Counted from the stretch's first letter, positions 45,298 to 57,183 are shown. The stretch: 64,000 bases of DNA from Nitrospirota bacterium (GCA_963733375.1 CAVTDB010000001.1:1-64000); one strand, 5' to 3'. Notes: generated by a model not told the origin, from the sequence alone. A program made the numbers and translations.

Positions 45298-45335
45298 CCT
45301 TCCCTCCCCCGCAAGTGGGGAGGGTAACGGTGAAG
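45298..45335. repeat. REP-like CCCTCCCC..GGGGAGGG element within the nfi/EndoIII linker
   Basis: CCTTCCCTCCCCCGCAAGTGGGGAGGG. Confidence 0.55.
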
Positions 45336-45369
45336 AGGCCGCTTCGGGGCGAGGGCTGAAATCGAGGGC

Positions 45370-46061
45370 TTCCCTGCGAATTTTATTCACCAGTATATGC
45401 GCCCTGCGGGTCAGGCTCCGGGAGGCGGTATTTCGTGCAGCATTCAAGGGCAATCTTGCAGGGCTTTATCGAGGCTCACCATGTGCCCCACGGACACGAA
45501 TACCGGCTTTATCCCGTCCTTCGTCCGGAGCGCGCGCCCGACCTCGGCATTTTTATAAACAAGCGAAGACTGTGAGCCGCGCCTCTTTGCCGGTTCCTTA
45601 TACTCCCCCACCAGGACGGTCTTCGCGCATCCGACGGTCGGGATGCCGAGCAGGACGCCCATGTGGGACGCCAGTCCAAAGCCGCGCGGATGGGCGACGC
45701 CGTGGCCGTCTATCAGCACCACGTCCGGCCTCAATTTAAGCTTTCTGAACGCCCGCAGGACTATCGGCCCCTCCCGAAACGCAAGCAGGCCGGGGATGTA
45801 AGGAAACGGGGCTCTTCCCGAGGCATGTACTTCCTCCACGGTCTCCATCTCCGGGAACTTCAGCACTACTACCGCCGCGTGATAATACTCGCTTCCCTTG
45901 TCATAGGATACGTCCGCGCCGGCGACAAGACGGACATCGCCGATACGGTCTTCCATGACAAGCCGCGATTTAAGCCTTTCCTGAACGCGGACGGCGTCCT
46001 TGTAATTTTTAGGCCAGGGATGTTTTAAAACCGGTTCAACCAAGGCGGGTATTTTCTTCAA
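45370..46061 (-). CDS. nfi: Endonuclease V (C-terminal frameshifts; possibly fused to the downstream domain)
   Basis: VAGADVS, FPYIPGLLAFRE, DGHGVAHPRGFGLASH, PVFVSVGH, YRLPEP-TRRAH. Confidence 0.92.
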
Positions 46062-46360
46062 TCCAGTCGAGGTATGGCTCTTGAACCTTCGGATATCTTG
46101 ACGGCAATAACCTCAGGCACCTCGTACGGATGGAGTTCGCGGACCCTCTTTTCAAGCAGCGTAAATTTATCCGCGGCTGTCTTAATCAGCAGCATACACT
46201 CGGGCTCGTCGAATATTTCTTCCTTCCACCTGTATATGGAGCGGACGCCCCTGATGATATTGGCACAGGCCGCCAGCCGCTCCTCCACCAGCGCACGGCC
46301 AATCATCGCCGCGTTCTCCTCGTCCGGAGCGGTTATAAGCACCGTGAGCTTTTCAGTCAT
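46058..46360 (-). CDS. cutA: Divalent-cation tolerance protein CutA
   Basis: LVEERLAACANI, SIYRW, LHPYEVPE. Confidence 0.92.
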   Translation of the reverse strand: MTEKLTVLITAPDEENAAMIGRALVEERLAACANIIRGVRSIYRWKEEIFDEPECMLLIKTAADKFTLLEKRVRELHPYEVPEVIAVKISEGSRAIPRLD

Positions 46361-46909
46361 CGCATTGCAGGCCGGTGAAGCTCAGGCCTTTATCGCCGGA
46401 GGTATTCTCTATAGTGTAAGTGGACAACCCGTCTTTCAAGTCCTGCTTGATATAAAGCGGGTTGTCGCCGTGCTGGCGGAATGAGACGGGCGGGTTCATC
46501 TTCTTGACGTTCATGTTGTCCGATTCTTCCTCGGCCAGGCAGACCACCCACCAGGCAAACTCCTGGGCGGTCTCGTAGAACGTATGCCTTTCTTCGTTGT
46601 TCAGTTCGAGCAGGAATTTTTCATAATATTTACCGGATATGCAGTTCAGCCTCTCCGCGCCCGCGATCCTGAACATATCCGGCATAAGCTCCGGGTGAAA
46701 TCCCGAAGCCTTCCGAAAGCTGGGCCCGGTGTTCTTCTATATATTTCCGCAACGCGCCGCGGATCTCGGCCTCGTGGTTCAGCCTGTCGACAATATAAGT
46801 AGAATATTCCTTCATGAACTTCGGGTGCTCTATCTTCCCCTGGGCATGCGAAAGTACCGGTAAAAATAGAAAAGCAGGAGATGAAGACTATCGCCAGAAT
46901 TTTTTTCAC
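46353..46909 (-). CDS. Hypothetical exported protein (frameshifts)
   Basis: Signal-peptide-like MKKILAIVFISCFS; three abutting ORFs filling the pheT-cutA gap. Confidence 0.5.
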
Positions 46910-46913
46910 GTGT

Positions 46914-49323
46914 TTATTGCTCCCTGATCTCCGCGCCGAGACGGTCTTTAAGCGCCTCGACGACTTTTTTATGAACGAGGTTGACCTCTTCGTCCGTCAA
47001 TGTCCTCTCCGGTGAACGATAGGTGATACTGTATGCCAGGCTTTTCATCCCGGCTGGTATCGGTTTCCCTTCGTAATAATCGAACAGCCTTACGCCCTCG
47101 ACCAAGCCCAGCTTCAAAGACTCGATCGTCTTTAAAACGGCAAACGAAGTGATATCCGCCGGGATTATTACGGCAATATCGCGCTCCACGGCCGGATACT
47201 TGGGAAGCGGCCTGTACGATACCTCCTCCGGGCCGACCTCAACCAGCGACTGGAGGTCCAGCTCGAATACATAGACCTCGGGCGGAAGGTCGTACCGGCT
47301 GATGACGTCGGGGTGGACCTGCCCTATATATCCCGCCACGCCTCCGCCGACCATCAGCCTTGCCGCCTTGCCCGGGTGCAGGAAAGGCATGTCCTCCGCG
47401 GCGGTAAATACTATGTTCGGCACTCTCAGAGCGTCCAGCAGCTGCTCCACCGCGCCCTTCATGTCATAGAAGTCTATATCCCTGTCTTTGCCCTCCCAAA
47501 GCTCCGCCGACTTTATTCCGCAGGCCAGCCCGCCGATATTAAGCGGCTCGGTCGGAAGTCCCGTCCCGGTACGCAGGAATACGCGGGAGAGTTCAAAAAT
47601 TTTAAGGTCCTTCACCCCGCGGCTCAGGTTCCAGGAGAGGTTATTCAGCAAGCTCGGCAGAAGCGAGGTGCGCATAACGGACTGCTCTACGGAGAGCGGG
47701 TTCTGAAGGTTTACGGTCTTCCTACGGAAGTCGTCTTCCGGCAGGCCCAGCTTGTCGAAGTCCCGCGGGTCCATGAAACTGTAATTGATGACTTCCGAAA
47801 AGCCGGAGTCGTACATTGCCCCCCTGGCCCGCTCAGACGCGGCACGCGCTTTGTCCTGCTCTTCCGCCGCCATCTTGTATTCCGGCATCGAGCTTTTGAT
47901 CTTACCGTAGCCGTGGACCCTCGCGGCCTCCTCGACAAAATCTATCTCCCGCGTCAAGTCCGGCCTGAAAGTGGGCGCCTGGAGCAGGAGCGATTCCGGC
48001 CCTTCCTCGCGAATCTTTATCCGGAGCCGCTTCATTATATCGGCAATTTCATCCTTTTCGAGGTCCACCCCGAGAAGGGCGTTCACTCTGGAAGTCCTGA
48101 GAGCGACTGTCGGCATCTTTACAGGATTCGGATATTCGTCTATCGCTCCGGTCGCTATCTCCCCGCCCGCAAGGTCAGCAATAAGGACGGCTAACCTGTT
48201 TAAAGCGTTAATAACGCCTTCCGGGTCCGTTCCCCTCTCGAAACGGTGTGACGCCTCGGTATGGAGTCCGAGTTTTTTGGAGGTCTTCCGGACGCTCGAC
48301 GGGTTGAAATACGCGGATTCCAGGAAAATATCGGTGGTCTCCTCCGTCACTTCGGAGTTTTGGCCTCCCATTACTCCGGCGAGCGCGACCGGCCTTTTGC
48401 CGTCGCAGATAAGGAGCATGCCTTCGGACAGCTCCCTCTCCACGCCGTCCAGGGTCGTAAAAATCTCGCCCTTCTGTGCACTGCGGACGATTATCTCCTG
48501 GCCTGCTAAAAGCCGGTAATCGAAGGCATGGAGCGGCTGTCCCATCTCCATCATCACGAAATTCGTCGCGTCGACCACGTTGTTTATGCTGCGCACCCCA
48601 ATCGCCTGGAGGCGCCTCTGCATCCATAGCGGAGAGGGCCCCACCTTGATCCCGGCAAGGAGCCTTCCGGCATAGCGCGGGCAAAGCTCCATCGTCTTCT
48701 ACCGTGACCTTCATCCGCCCGCCAATCGGCGCGCCCGCCTCGGTTATTTTGAATTTCGGAACGTTAAGCGGCTGGCGGGTCAGGGCCGCCGCCTCTCTCG
48801 CAATGCCAAGGGTGCAGAGGCAGTCCGGGCGGTTCGGAGTGACGTTTATCTCCATCGCCCAGTCGTCCAGGCCTACCGCCTTGACTATATCCTCGCCCAC
48901 CACCGCGTCTTCGGGGAGTATAAGCAGGCCGGAGGCTTCCTTGGCCAGCCCAAGCTCCTTCTCCGAACACAACATCCCGAAAGAGGCAATACCCCTTAGC
49001 TTGGCTTTCTCTATCTTCATCCCGCCGGGGAGCGTAGCGCCGACCTGGGCCAGCGGGACCTTGTCCCCCGCCTTCATATTCTTCGCGCCGCAGACTATGG
49101 ACAGTACCTCCGTACCGTTATCCACTTCGCAGAGCGTCAGTTTATCGGCGCCCGGGTGAGGGTTCATGGACATTATCCGGCCAACGACAACACCCTGGAT
49201 GCCTTCGCCCAGATATTCAAGGCCCTCCACCTCCAGCCCTGCCATCGTCAGCCTGTCGGAGATCTGCTGTACCGTCAGCTCGATATCGACGAATTCTTTT
49301 AACCAGTTAAAGCTTATCCGCAA
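46914..49323 (-). CDS. pheT: Phenylalanine--tRNA ligase beta subunit (one frameshift)
   Basis: [40 protein letters not shown]-terminus. Confidence 0.96.
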
Positions 49324-49335
49324 TTTTAGTGTCCT

Positions 49336-49797
49336 CTAATACGGCTTTACAGACTTCTCCTTGAGGAAGTCTTCCAGGTCTTTTTTAATATTATTTGAAA
49401 AACCTACCATGTCCATAGGTATCACGCCCGTCTTCAGGGCCCCTTTCGGCGTGGAGTAGTCGATCAGGAAAAACTCCCGCGCGCGTCCCTTCTTGTCCCG
49501 CACGGCTTTAAAACCGGCCTTATGCGCCTTGTCCCATTCGCAATGTTCCCTTTTCCAGGGGTTTACGCCGTAAACCGTAAAATTTTTTTCATTCCAATCG
49601 AAAACCGGGAACTTCCAGAACCGGTAGATTGCAACTATTACGATGACATTCAGGACGTAGAGAAGCGCGAGAGGTGCGGCGGTATACGGCCCGTGGAACC
49701 TCTTCAGCAGGTAGCCCAGGATGATATCCGCCCCGACGCAGTAAAAGATGACCTCGTTCATCCTCTTCTGGGAGAGGAACATCCGGCCGTGGCGCAT
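49336..49797 (-). CDS. Hypothetical two-TM membrane protein inserted between pheS and pheT
   Basis: 153 aa ORF, TAATG overlap with pheS stop; two hydrophobic segments then a soluble beta-rich domain. Confidence 0.65.
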   Translation of the reverse strand: MRHGRMFLSQKRMNEVIFYCVGADIILGYLLKRFHGPYTAAPLALLYVLNVIVIVAIYRFWKFPVFDWNEKNFTVYGVNPWKREHCEWDKAHKAGFKAVRDKKGRAREFFLIDYSTPKGALKTGVIPMDMVGFSNNIKKDLEDFLKEKSVKPY

Positions 49798-50889
49798 TAA
49801 AATTGCCTTAAGAAACGCATGTCGTTTTCATAGAAGAGACGGATATCGTCGATGCCGTACTTCAGCATCGCTATCCGCTCCATTCCAAGGCCGAAGGCAA
49901 AGCCCGTGAATTCCTCCGGGTCGTAACCCACGGCGCGGAAAACCTCCGGGTCCACCATCCCCGAACCGAGTATCTCCAGCCACCCGGTGCTCTTGCAGAC
50001 GCGGCATCCCTTCCCGCCGCAAATCACGCAGCGGATGTCAACTTCGGCTGAAGGCTCCGTAAACGGGAAGAAGCTCGGCCTGAAGCGAGTGGCCGTACCG
50101 GAGCCGAACATCCGGGAGATGAAGGTCTCCAGCACGCCCTTCAGGTGCGAAAAATTTATATGCCTGTCCACCATCAGCCCTTCGACCTGGTGGAACATCG
50201 GCGTATGGGATACGTCCGCGTCGCAGCGGTAGACTTTTCCGGGCGCGATAACCTGCACCGGCGGGCGGCTCGACTTCATCACCCGTACCTGCACCGGGGA
50301 GGTATGGGTGCGCAGAACTACCTCGTCCGACACGTAGAACGTGTCCTGCATATCGCGGGCGGGGTGGTCCTTCGGCATGTTCAGGGTCTCGAAGTTGTAA
50401 TAATCCAGCTCAACTTCGGGGCCTTCCGCGACCGAGAACCCCATGTCCCGGAAAATTTCCACAACCTCCATAGTGACTGAAGTTATGGGATGCGGCCTGC
50501 CTACGCCCGGCCTCCTGCCGGGCAGAGTAATGTCTATTCTCTGCGCGGTAAGTTTTTCCGAACGCTCCTTCGCCGCCAGTTCCTCGCCCTTCGTCTTGAG
50601 CGCGGCCTCATAGCGGCCAGCCAGTCTCGTTTAAAAGACGCCCCGCCTCTTTGCGGTCTTCCGGGGCTTCCTGAGGGATTTTTTTGCGGAGGATGGAGAC
50701 TATGCCCTTCTTGCCGAAAAGCTCAAGCTCGACGGCCTTCAGGTCGTCCGTGGAGGACGCATATTTGTTTATGACCTCTTCCGCGCCAAGCCCGTCCGAG
50801 ATGCGAGGTATCAGCTCCGTAAGCTTCCCCGCGCCCTCCAGAGTGCTTTTGAGGCCCCTTGCTTTTTCCAGAAACTGCTCCAGCGACAA
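49797..50889 (-). CDS. pheS: Phenylalanine--tRNA ligase alpha subunit (frameshifts)
   Basis: [39 protein letters not shown]. Confidence 0.95.
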
Positions 50890-51002
50890 TTACGCTCCTG
50901 ATTTGATTTTCGGATTTAAATCGAATGATTATATAGCAAAAAAGCCTGATTTTCAATAGACAAATCAGGCTTGAAGTCACTGCGGGTATCTAGCGGCTCT
51001 GT

Positions 51003-51608
51003 TTATAGAAGTATCTCTTGAATTGTCTTCCTGGGCCTGGGCTCCGGCACTTCCGCCGGATAGCCGACAGGCATGAGCGTCACCGGGAATATCCATGACG
51101 GCAGGCTCAGCAGCAAGGAAATCTTTTCCTTGTCGAAGAGGTGTACCCAGCAGGTCCCCAAGCCCAGAGACGCCGCGGCAAGCGCGATATGCTCCGTCGC
51201 GATAGCGGTATTGAATGCGGCGTTTTCTTTATATTTCATAAGCTCGTCCTCCTCGTCTTTCGTGAGGAGGTTGAGCCCCATCTTTTTTAAATCGTCCTGC
51301 GAAATCACACCGTTATCCAATAGCTCCCTGAACCTCTCCTTGAGGGTCTTGGAATAGGACAGCGTATCTCCGCAGACGATTATCACCGCGGGCGCCTGCT
51401 TGATGTGGTACTGGTTTTTGGAGGCCAGGAATACCTGCTCCTTGAGCTTTGGGTCCGTAACCACCTTGAACTTCCAGGGCTGGGAGTTCACCCCCGACGG
51501 GGCAAGCCGCGCGGCTTCCAGCAGGAAGTCAATCTGCTCGGTCGAGACCGGGTCCGGCTTGAAATTCCTTATCGCCCTCCGCCTGCGAATCGCCTCCATA
51601 AGGTCCAT
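51003..51608 (-). CDS. Nitroreductase family protein
   Basis: RRRAIRNF, APSGVNSQPW, LGLGTCW, PVGYP. Confidence 0.9.
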   Translation of the reverse strand: MDLMEAIRRRRAIRNFKPDPVSTEQIDFLLEAARLAPSGVNSQPWKFKVVTDPKLKEQVFLASKNQYHIKQAPAVIIVCGDTLSYSKTLKERFRELLDNGVISQDDLKKMGLNLLTKDEEDELMKYKENAAFNTAIATEHIALAAASLGLGTCWVHLFDKEKISLLLSLPSWIFPVTLMPVGYPAEVPEPRPRKTIQEILL

Positions 51609-51611
51609 GGA

Positions 51612-52178
51612 TTATTTCTCCGCCTTCCCCGGCACGGCAGCCGGCTTTTTTTCTTTTAAGTACCGTTCCTTTTCGCTGTATACGCAGCCGCAGTATTTCT
51701 GATGGTACATGCCGATCTCGTGAGATAATTCCTGCCCTTCCTTCCAGCCCTGCCTGAAGTCGCGGTACAAAAATTTAATGCCCAGCTCGCGGGCGATGAC
51801 ATCCGCGACATGAACGAGCAGGTCGTGCTTCTGGTACTTGCTGTAAAGGAGCGTAGTGGAAAAGGCGTCGTAGCCGGAGTCACGCGCCGCCTGGGCGACC
51901 TTCCTGAGACGCATTTCGTAGCAGGCCGCGCACCGCTCTCCCTCATGCCCGACTACTCTCCTGAAAAATTCCTCGATATCGTATCCTACCTCGCTCGCAA
52001 GCGCCATTTCCTGCGAACGGGCATAGTCTTCCAGGGTTTCCAGCCTTTTCTTGAACTCGGTGTACGGTTGGATATTCGGGTTGTAAAAAAATCCATCCAC
52101 CTCCACCCCTTCCTCCCGCAACGACTTCAGCGGAAAGACCAGGCAGGGACCGCAACATATATGCATAAGGATTCTCAT
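51612..52178 (-). CDS. queH: Epoxyqueuosine reductase QueH
   Basis: [34 protein letters not shown]. Confidence 0.92.
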   Translation of the reverse strand: MRILMHICCGPCLVFPLKSLREEGVEVDGFFYNPNIQPYTEFKKRLETLEDYARSQEMALASEVGYDIEEFFRRVVGHEGERCAACYEMRLRKVAQAARDSGYDAFSTTLLYSKYQKHDLLVHVADVIARELGIKFLYRDFRQGWKEGQELSHEIGMYHQKYCGCVYSEKERYLKEKKPAAVPGKAEK

Positions 52179-53188
52179 AGAAGCCTCCCCTGGACGCCTT
52201 TTTCCCTGCCGTAATGTTTATAGGCCGCCGGCGTCGCAAGCCTCCCCCTGGGCGTCCTCTCTATCAGTCCCTCCTGGATAAGGAAAGGTTCGTAAACGTC
52301 TTCTATCGTGTCCCGCTCCTCGGCTACGGCGGCGGAAAGAGTATCCACTCCGACAGGCCCGCCGCCGAACTTGTCGATTATGGTAAGGAGGAGCTTCTTG
52401 TCCATGAAATCAAGTCCGCGCTCATCGACCTCCAGCCTCTTCAGGCCGCTCCTCGCCGCATCGGCGTCCACGATTTTTTTCCCGTCCACCTGTGCGAAAT
52501 CCCGCACCCGCCGCAGAAGCCTGTTAGCCACCCTTGGAGTCCCCCTGGAACGCCGGGCAATCTCCAGCGCGCCTTCCATGTCGATGCCTATTCCCAGAAG
52601 GTTCGCCGAACGTATGACTATTTTTTGCAGGTCTTCCGGCGGATAAAATTCCAGCCTCGCCGCCACTCCGAACCGCTCCCGAAGCGGAGAAGTCAAAAGC
52701 CCCGCCCTCGTCGTCGCCCCCACCAGGGTAAACGGCGGGAGGTCGAGCTTTATGGAGCGGGCGGACGGCCCCTGCCCTATAATTATATCAAGCTGGTAAT
52801 CTTCCATCGCCGGGTAGAGCACTTCCTCGATTACCCGGTTAAGCCTGTGTATCTCGTCCACGAACAGGACGTCGCCCTTTTCCAGGTTGGTAAGTATGGC
52901 CGCGAGGTCGCCCTGACGCTCGATAACCGGGCCGGAGGTGGTCTTTATATTAACCCCCATCTCCCGCGCGATAATATGCGCAAGCGTGGTCTTTCCAAGT
53001 CCGGGGGGCCCGGAGAAAAGCACGTGGTCCAGCGCCTCGCCCCGCTCCCTGGCCGCCTGGATGAAGACCTTGAGGTTGTCCTTCACCCTGTCCTGCCCGA
53101 CGTACTCGTCAAACGACAGCGGCCGAAGCGCCAGGTCGAGGTTTAAATCTTCCGTGTTCTTTTCCGGGCCGATTACTCGTTCGTCCAA
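52175..53188 (-). CDS. ruvB: Holliday junction helicase RuvB
   Basis: [32 protein letters not shown]. Confidence 0.97.
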   Translation of the reverse strand: MDERVIGPEKNTEDLNLDLALRPLSFDEYVGQDRVKDNLKVFIQAARERGEALDHVLFSGPPGLGKTTLAHIIAREMGVNIKTTSGPVIERQGDLAAILTNLEKGDVLFVDEIHRLNRVIEEVLYPAMEDYQLDIIIGQGPSARSIKLDLPPFTLVGATTRAGLLTSPLRERFGVAARLEFYPPEDLQKIVIRSANLLGIGIDMEGALEIARRSRGTPRVANRLLRRVRDFAQVDGKKIVDADAARSGLKRLEVDERGLDFMDKKLLLTIIDKFGGGPVGVDTLSAAVAEERDTIEDVYEPFLIQEGLIERTPRGRLATPAAYKHYGREKGVQGRLL

Positions 53189-53277
53189 AATTTATACCTG
53201 TAATGGTGCGGCTGCTGAAATATCTTCTCCAAGACCCTCAAATATTAGCAAAAAAAGATCCTTATTTCTATAAGAAT

Positions 53278-53306
53278 AAAAAAAGCCCGCGTTTCCGCGG
53301 GCTTTT
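53278..53306. terminator. Intrinsic terminator after the peroxiredoxin gene
   Basis: AAAAGCCCGCG-TTTC-CGCGGGCTTTT. Confidence 0.75.
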
Positions 53307-53321
53307 ACGCGCCTGAATAAA

Positions 53322-53885
53322 TTATATCTTCCCCACAATGTCCAGCCCTGGCCGGAGAGTCGGCTTTCCAGGCTCCCAGGACGCCGGGCATACCTCTCCG
53401 CCCGCCTCGCGGACGAACTTCGCCGCCTGGAGCTTCCGGAAAAGCTCCTTTGCGCTCCTGCCGATGCTGTTGTCGTGCATCTCGTACGCCTTCAGGACCC
53501 CGTCCGGGTCGATAATGAAGCTCCCCCGGAGCGACAGCCCCTCGCCCTCGATATACGTCCCGAACTCCCGGCATACCTTCCCCGCGGGGTCGGCGGCCAT
53601 CGGGTATTTTATCTTCTTTATGGACGGCGAGTTGTCGTGCCAGGCCTTGTGCACGAAGACCGTGTCCGTACTGATGCTCATCAGTTCCGCGCCGAGCGAC
53701 TTGAACTCGTCGTACATTTCCGCCGCCTCCTCTAGCTCCGTCGGGCAGATGAACGTAAAATCGGCGGGATAAAAAATGAGGACGAGCCACTTGTCCCGGT
53801 AATTGGAAAACTTTACCTTCTTCGTCTCCTCGTCCTGGTAAACCTCCACCTCCAAATCCGGGATCACTTCGCCTATCTTTACCAT
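53322..53885 (-). CDS. ahpC: 2-Cys peroxiredoxin (AhpC)
   Basis: FYPADFTFICPTEL, GEVCPASW. Confidence 0.92.
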   Translation of the reverse strand: MVKIGEVIPDLEVEVYQDEETKKVKFSNYRDKWLVLIFYPADFTFICPTELEEAAEMYDEFKSLGAELMSISTDTVFVHKAWHDNSPSIKKIKYPMAADPAGKVCREFGTYIEGEGLSLRGSFIIDPDGVLKAYEMHDNSIGRSAKELFRKLQAAKFVREAGGEVCPASWEPGKPTLRPGLDIVGKI

Positions 53886-53903
53886 GCGGACATCTCCTTT
53901 CTT

Positions 53904-55030
53904 TTATTTATGATACGTTATTCTGTAAATTGCGCTCGCGTAGTCGTCCGAAACTAAAAGCGCCCCGTCCGGCATTACCAGGACGTCCACAGGCCTTCCC
54001 CAATTGATTATCTCCCTGGAGCCATCCCTGGGCGAATATCTCGTACTTGACCGGATGCCTCGCTCTGCTCATCTGGACGAAAGTTACCCGGTACCCGATC
54101 TTATTGCTCCTGTTCCAGGAGCCGTGCTCGGCGATGAATATGCCGTTTCTGTACTTCTCCGGGAACATCTTTCCGGTATAAAACGTCATCCCTAAACTTG
54201 CCACGTGCGCGGGCAGTTCCAGCTCCGGCAGGGTGAACTCGGACGCCTTATGCCCTTTGCCGTATTGAGGGTCGGGAATATTCTTGCCGTGCCAGTACGG
54301 GAAGCCGAAATTAAGCCCCTTCTTCGGCGCGTGATTCAGTTCGTCCGGCGGCACGTTGTCTCCCATCAGGTCCCGGCCATTGTCCGTAAACCAAAGCTCT
54401 TTAGTAACCGGGTCCCAGTCGAACCCCACGGTATTCCTTACTCCGCGCGCGAAAATCTCGAACCCGCCCCCGCTCGGCCTTATCCTGGTTATCGAGGCGA
54501 AGGGGTCGCCCGGCTCGCAGACGTTGCAGGGCGCGCCGACCGGGACGTAGAGGTATCCGTCCGGGCCGAACCGGATGAACTTCCAGCCGTGGTGCGTCTT
54601 CGCGGGGTACTTATCATATATCACTACCGGCTTGGGCGGGTCCTTCAGGTGCGCTTCGATGTTGTCATAGCGCAGGATACGGCCTATCTCGGCGACGTAG
54701 AGCGAGCCGTCCTTGAAGGCGACTCCGTTAGGTTCGTTCAGGCCCTTGGCGATCGTATATATCCCCTCCGCCTGCCCGTCGTTGTCCGGGTCGGTAAGGG
54801 CATATACCGTGTGGTTCCTCGTCCCCACAAACAGCGTCCCCTTGTCTCCCATCGCCATCGAGCGGGCGCCCTTGGCATTGCAGCATTTTCCGGCAAAAAG
54901 GGTTATATGGAAACCGGGGGGAAGCTTGATATATTTGAAGCTTGTCCGAAACATCGTCGCTGAAAGCCCGCTGGACTATTATCAGCCCTATAGCGGAAAA
55001 AACCATGAGGAAGAGGGACTTCACACGCAT
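53904..55030 (-). CDS. Sorbosone/PQQ-dependent sugar dehydrogenase family beta-propeller (frameshifts)
   Basis: IKLPPGF, HHGWK, GAPCNVC, GVRNTVG, DNGRD, AEHGSWNR. Confidence 0.85.
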
Positions 55031-55230
55031 GGTTCGCCTCCTTTTTTTGAGCGACTCTTATATATATATTATAGCGTGAAAGCGGAAATGGGGGATATGA
55101 CCTAATGATAGAACTTACCAAGTAGTTATCTAAGTCTCGGAATTAGCCTTATCTGGATGGGATTTGGCGGGAAATTTTACAAGATTTTTATAAAATACTA
55201 TTTCGGCTACGATAATGCAGGGCTGCGGAG

Positions 55231-55833
55231 TTATCCTTTTGCCAATGCTTTCAACGCCTCTTTTATCAGAATTTCCAGCGCCATATCTTCGCCGCCCACG
55301 GCGCAGATTTTTTTGACCGCGTCTTCGGCCATATTCTTTTTATAGCCGAGATTAACCAGCGCGGATACGGCCTCGTCCCTCTGCCGGCTGTACGCTCCCG
55401 CTGCGCACGGGCCGGATTCCGTCGCGCCAAGGGCGGCAACTTTATCCTTTAATTCCAGGATAACCCGCGCGGCGGTCTTCGGTCCCACGCCCGGTATGGT
55501 GGAGATTTTCTTCTGGTCTCCGCGCGCTATCGCGTCGGCAAGCTCTCCGGCGGGAAGGCCTGAGATGATGGCGAGCGCGACCTTCGGGCCGATGCCGGAT
55601 ACGGCAGTCAGCGCGAGGAAAAGCTCTTTCTCCCTCTGCGTGAGGAAGCCGTAGAGCAGTATCGCGTCCTCGCGGACATGGGTGTGGATATGGAGAGATA
55701 CCTGGTTTCCGACATCGGGCAGGCCGTAGAAAGTGGACAGCGGAATCGAAGCCCGGTAGCCGACCCCGTGGACGTCGATTACGACACTGCCGGGGTCCTT
55801 CACGAGCAGGTTTCCGGTTAAGCGGGCGATCAT
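55231..55833 (-). CDS. ruvA: Holliday junction binding protein RuvA
   Basis: DVHGVGY, VREDA..LYGF, VSGIGPK, PGVGPKTA. Confidence 0.96.
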   Translation of the reverse strand: MIARLTGNLLVKDPGSVVIDVHGVGYRASIPLSTFYGLPDVGNQVSLHIHTHVREDAILLYGFLTQREKELFLALTAVSGIGPKVALAIISGLPAGELADAIARGDQKKISTIPGVGPKTAARVILELKDKVAALGATESGPCAAGAYSRQRDEAVSALVNLGYKKNMAEDAVKKICAVGGEDMALEILIKEALKALAKG

Positions 55834-56354
55834 CTGCGGTTTTTTCCGCCGCTGCCGGACGGGCGGGCCAGCAATGTCTCTTTCATCCTCGCGCTGTGGA
55901 TATGGCAGATCGCGCAGGCAAGGGCGTCCGAGGCGTCGAACGGCGCCGGGAGCTCAGTCAGTTTCAGGAGGGTCTTCACCATCTGCTGGACCTGCGCCTT
56001 ATCCGCGCCGCCATATCCCACCACGGACTGCTTTATCTCAGTCGGCGTGTACTCGAAAATGGGAAGGTCGAGGTTCGCCGCCGCGAGAAGGGCAACGCCC
56101 CTGGCATGACCGAGCTTCAGCGCGGACTGGACATTCTTGGCGAAAAAGACATTCTCTACCGCCACCGCGTCCGGCTTATGCCTTGCAATGACCTCTCCCA
56201 GCCCTTCGTACATTTTCTTCAGGCGGTGGGGAAAAGACAGGCGGGAAGAGGCCGTGACGCGCCCGGCTTCCACAAAAAAAATCCGGTTCCCCTCTTCGTC
56301 CACGACTCCGAAACCGCTCGCGACGCTTCCAGGGTCGATACCAAGGATACGCAA
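55830..56354 (-). CDS. ruvC: Crossover junction endodeoxyribonuclease RuvC
   Basis: ILGIDPG, AVENVFF, LGHARG, DASDALA. Confidence 0.96.
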   Translation of the reverse strand: MRILGIDPGSVASGFGVVDEEGNRIFFVEAGRVTASSRLSFPHRLKKMYEGLGEVIARHKPDAVAVENVFFAKNVQSALKLGHARGVALLAAANLDLPIFEYTPTEIKQSVVGYGGADKAQVQQMVKTLLKLTELPAPFDASDALACAICHIHSARMKETLLARPSGSGGKNRR

Positions 56355-56387
56355 ATGCTTACCCCCACCCGGCGACCAGAGACGGCA

Positions 56388-56408
56388 CCCTCCCCCAAGG
56401 AGAGAGGG
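56388..56408. repeat. REP-like CCCTC..GAGAGGG element
   Basis: CCCTCCCCCAAGGAGAGAGGG. Confidence 0.45.
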
Positions 56409-56429
56409 CTATCGGAAATACTGCCCACT

Positions 56430-57183
56430 TTAGGCTATTTTCTCCATCACGTCATCGGGGATGTCAAAGTTCGCGTACACGTTCTGCACGTCGTCGTTGT
56501 CTTCGAGGGCGTCCATCAGGCGCACCATCTGCTCCGCCTCCTTGCCCTCGAGCTTCACGTACGTCTGGGGTATCATGGTAACTTCCGCGCTCTCGAACTT
56601 CACGCCCTTGTCCTGAAGTCCCTTCTTCACGGCCTCGAAATCCTGCGGCGCGGTTATGATCTCGTAATTGGATTCATCCGGCTCCGACTTCATATCCTCC
56701 GCGCCCGCGTCGAGGGCGACGGTCATCAGCGTGTCCTCGTCCGCGCCCTGTCTTGTCCACGAGGATATAGCCTTTCTGCGTGAACATCCAGGAGACGCAT
56801 CCCGTTTCGCCCATGCTCCCGTTGTTCTTGCTTAATACGTGCCGGACCTCGGAGACGGAGCGGTTCTTGTTGTCCGTCAGGCACTCGATCAGCAAAGCGA
56901 CGCCGCCGGGGCCGTAACCCTCGTACGTTATCTCGTCGTACGACACGCCCGGAAGCTCGCCAGTGCCCTTCTGGACCGCGCGCTTGATATTGTCCTGGGG
57001 CATATTCGCTTCCTTGGCCTTTTCAATCGCGGTGCGAAGGCGCGGATTGCCGCCCGGGTCGCCGCCGCCAAGCTTCGCCGCTACGGTAAGCTCTTTGGTT
57101 ATCTTCGTGAATATTTTGCCCCTCTTGGCGTCCGCCGCACCTTTTTTATGCTTTGTGGTAGCCCACTTTGAATGTCCCGACAT
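56430..57183 (-). CDS. yebC: YebC/PmpR family protein (one frameshift)
   Basis: [30 protein letters not shown]. Confidence 0.95.
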
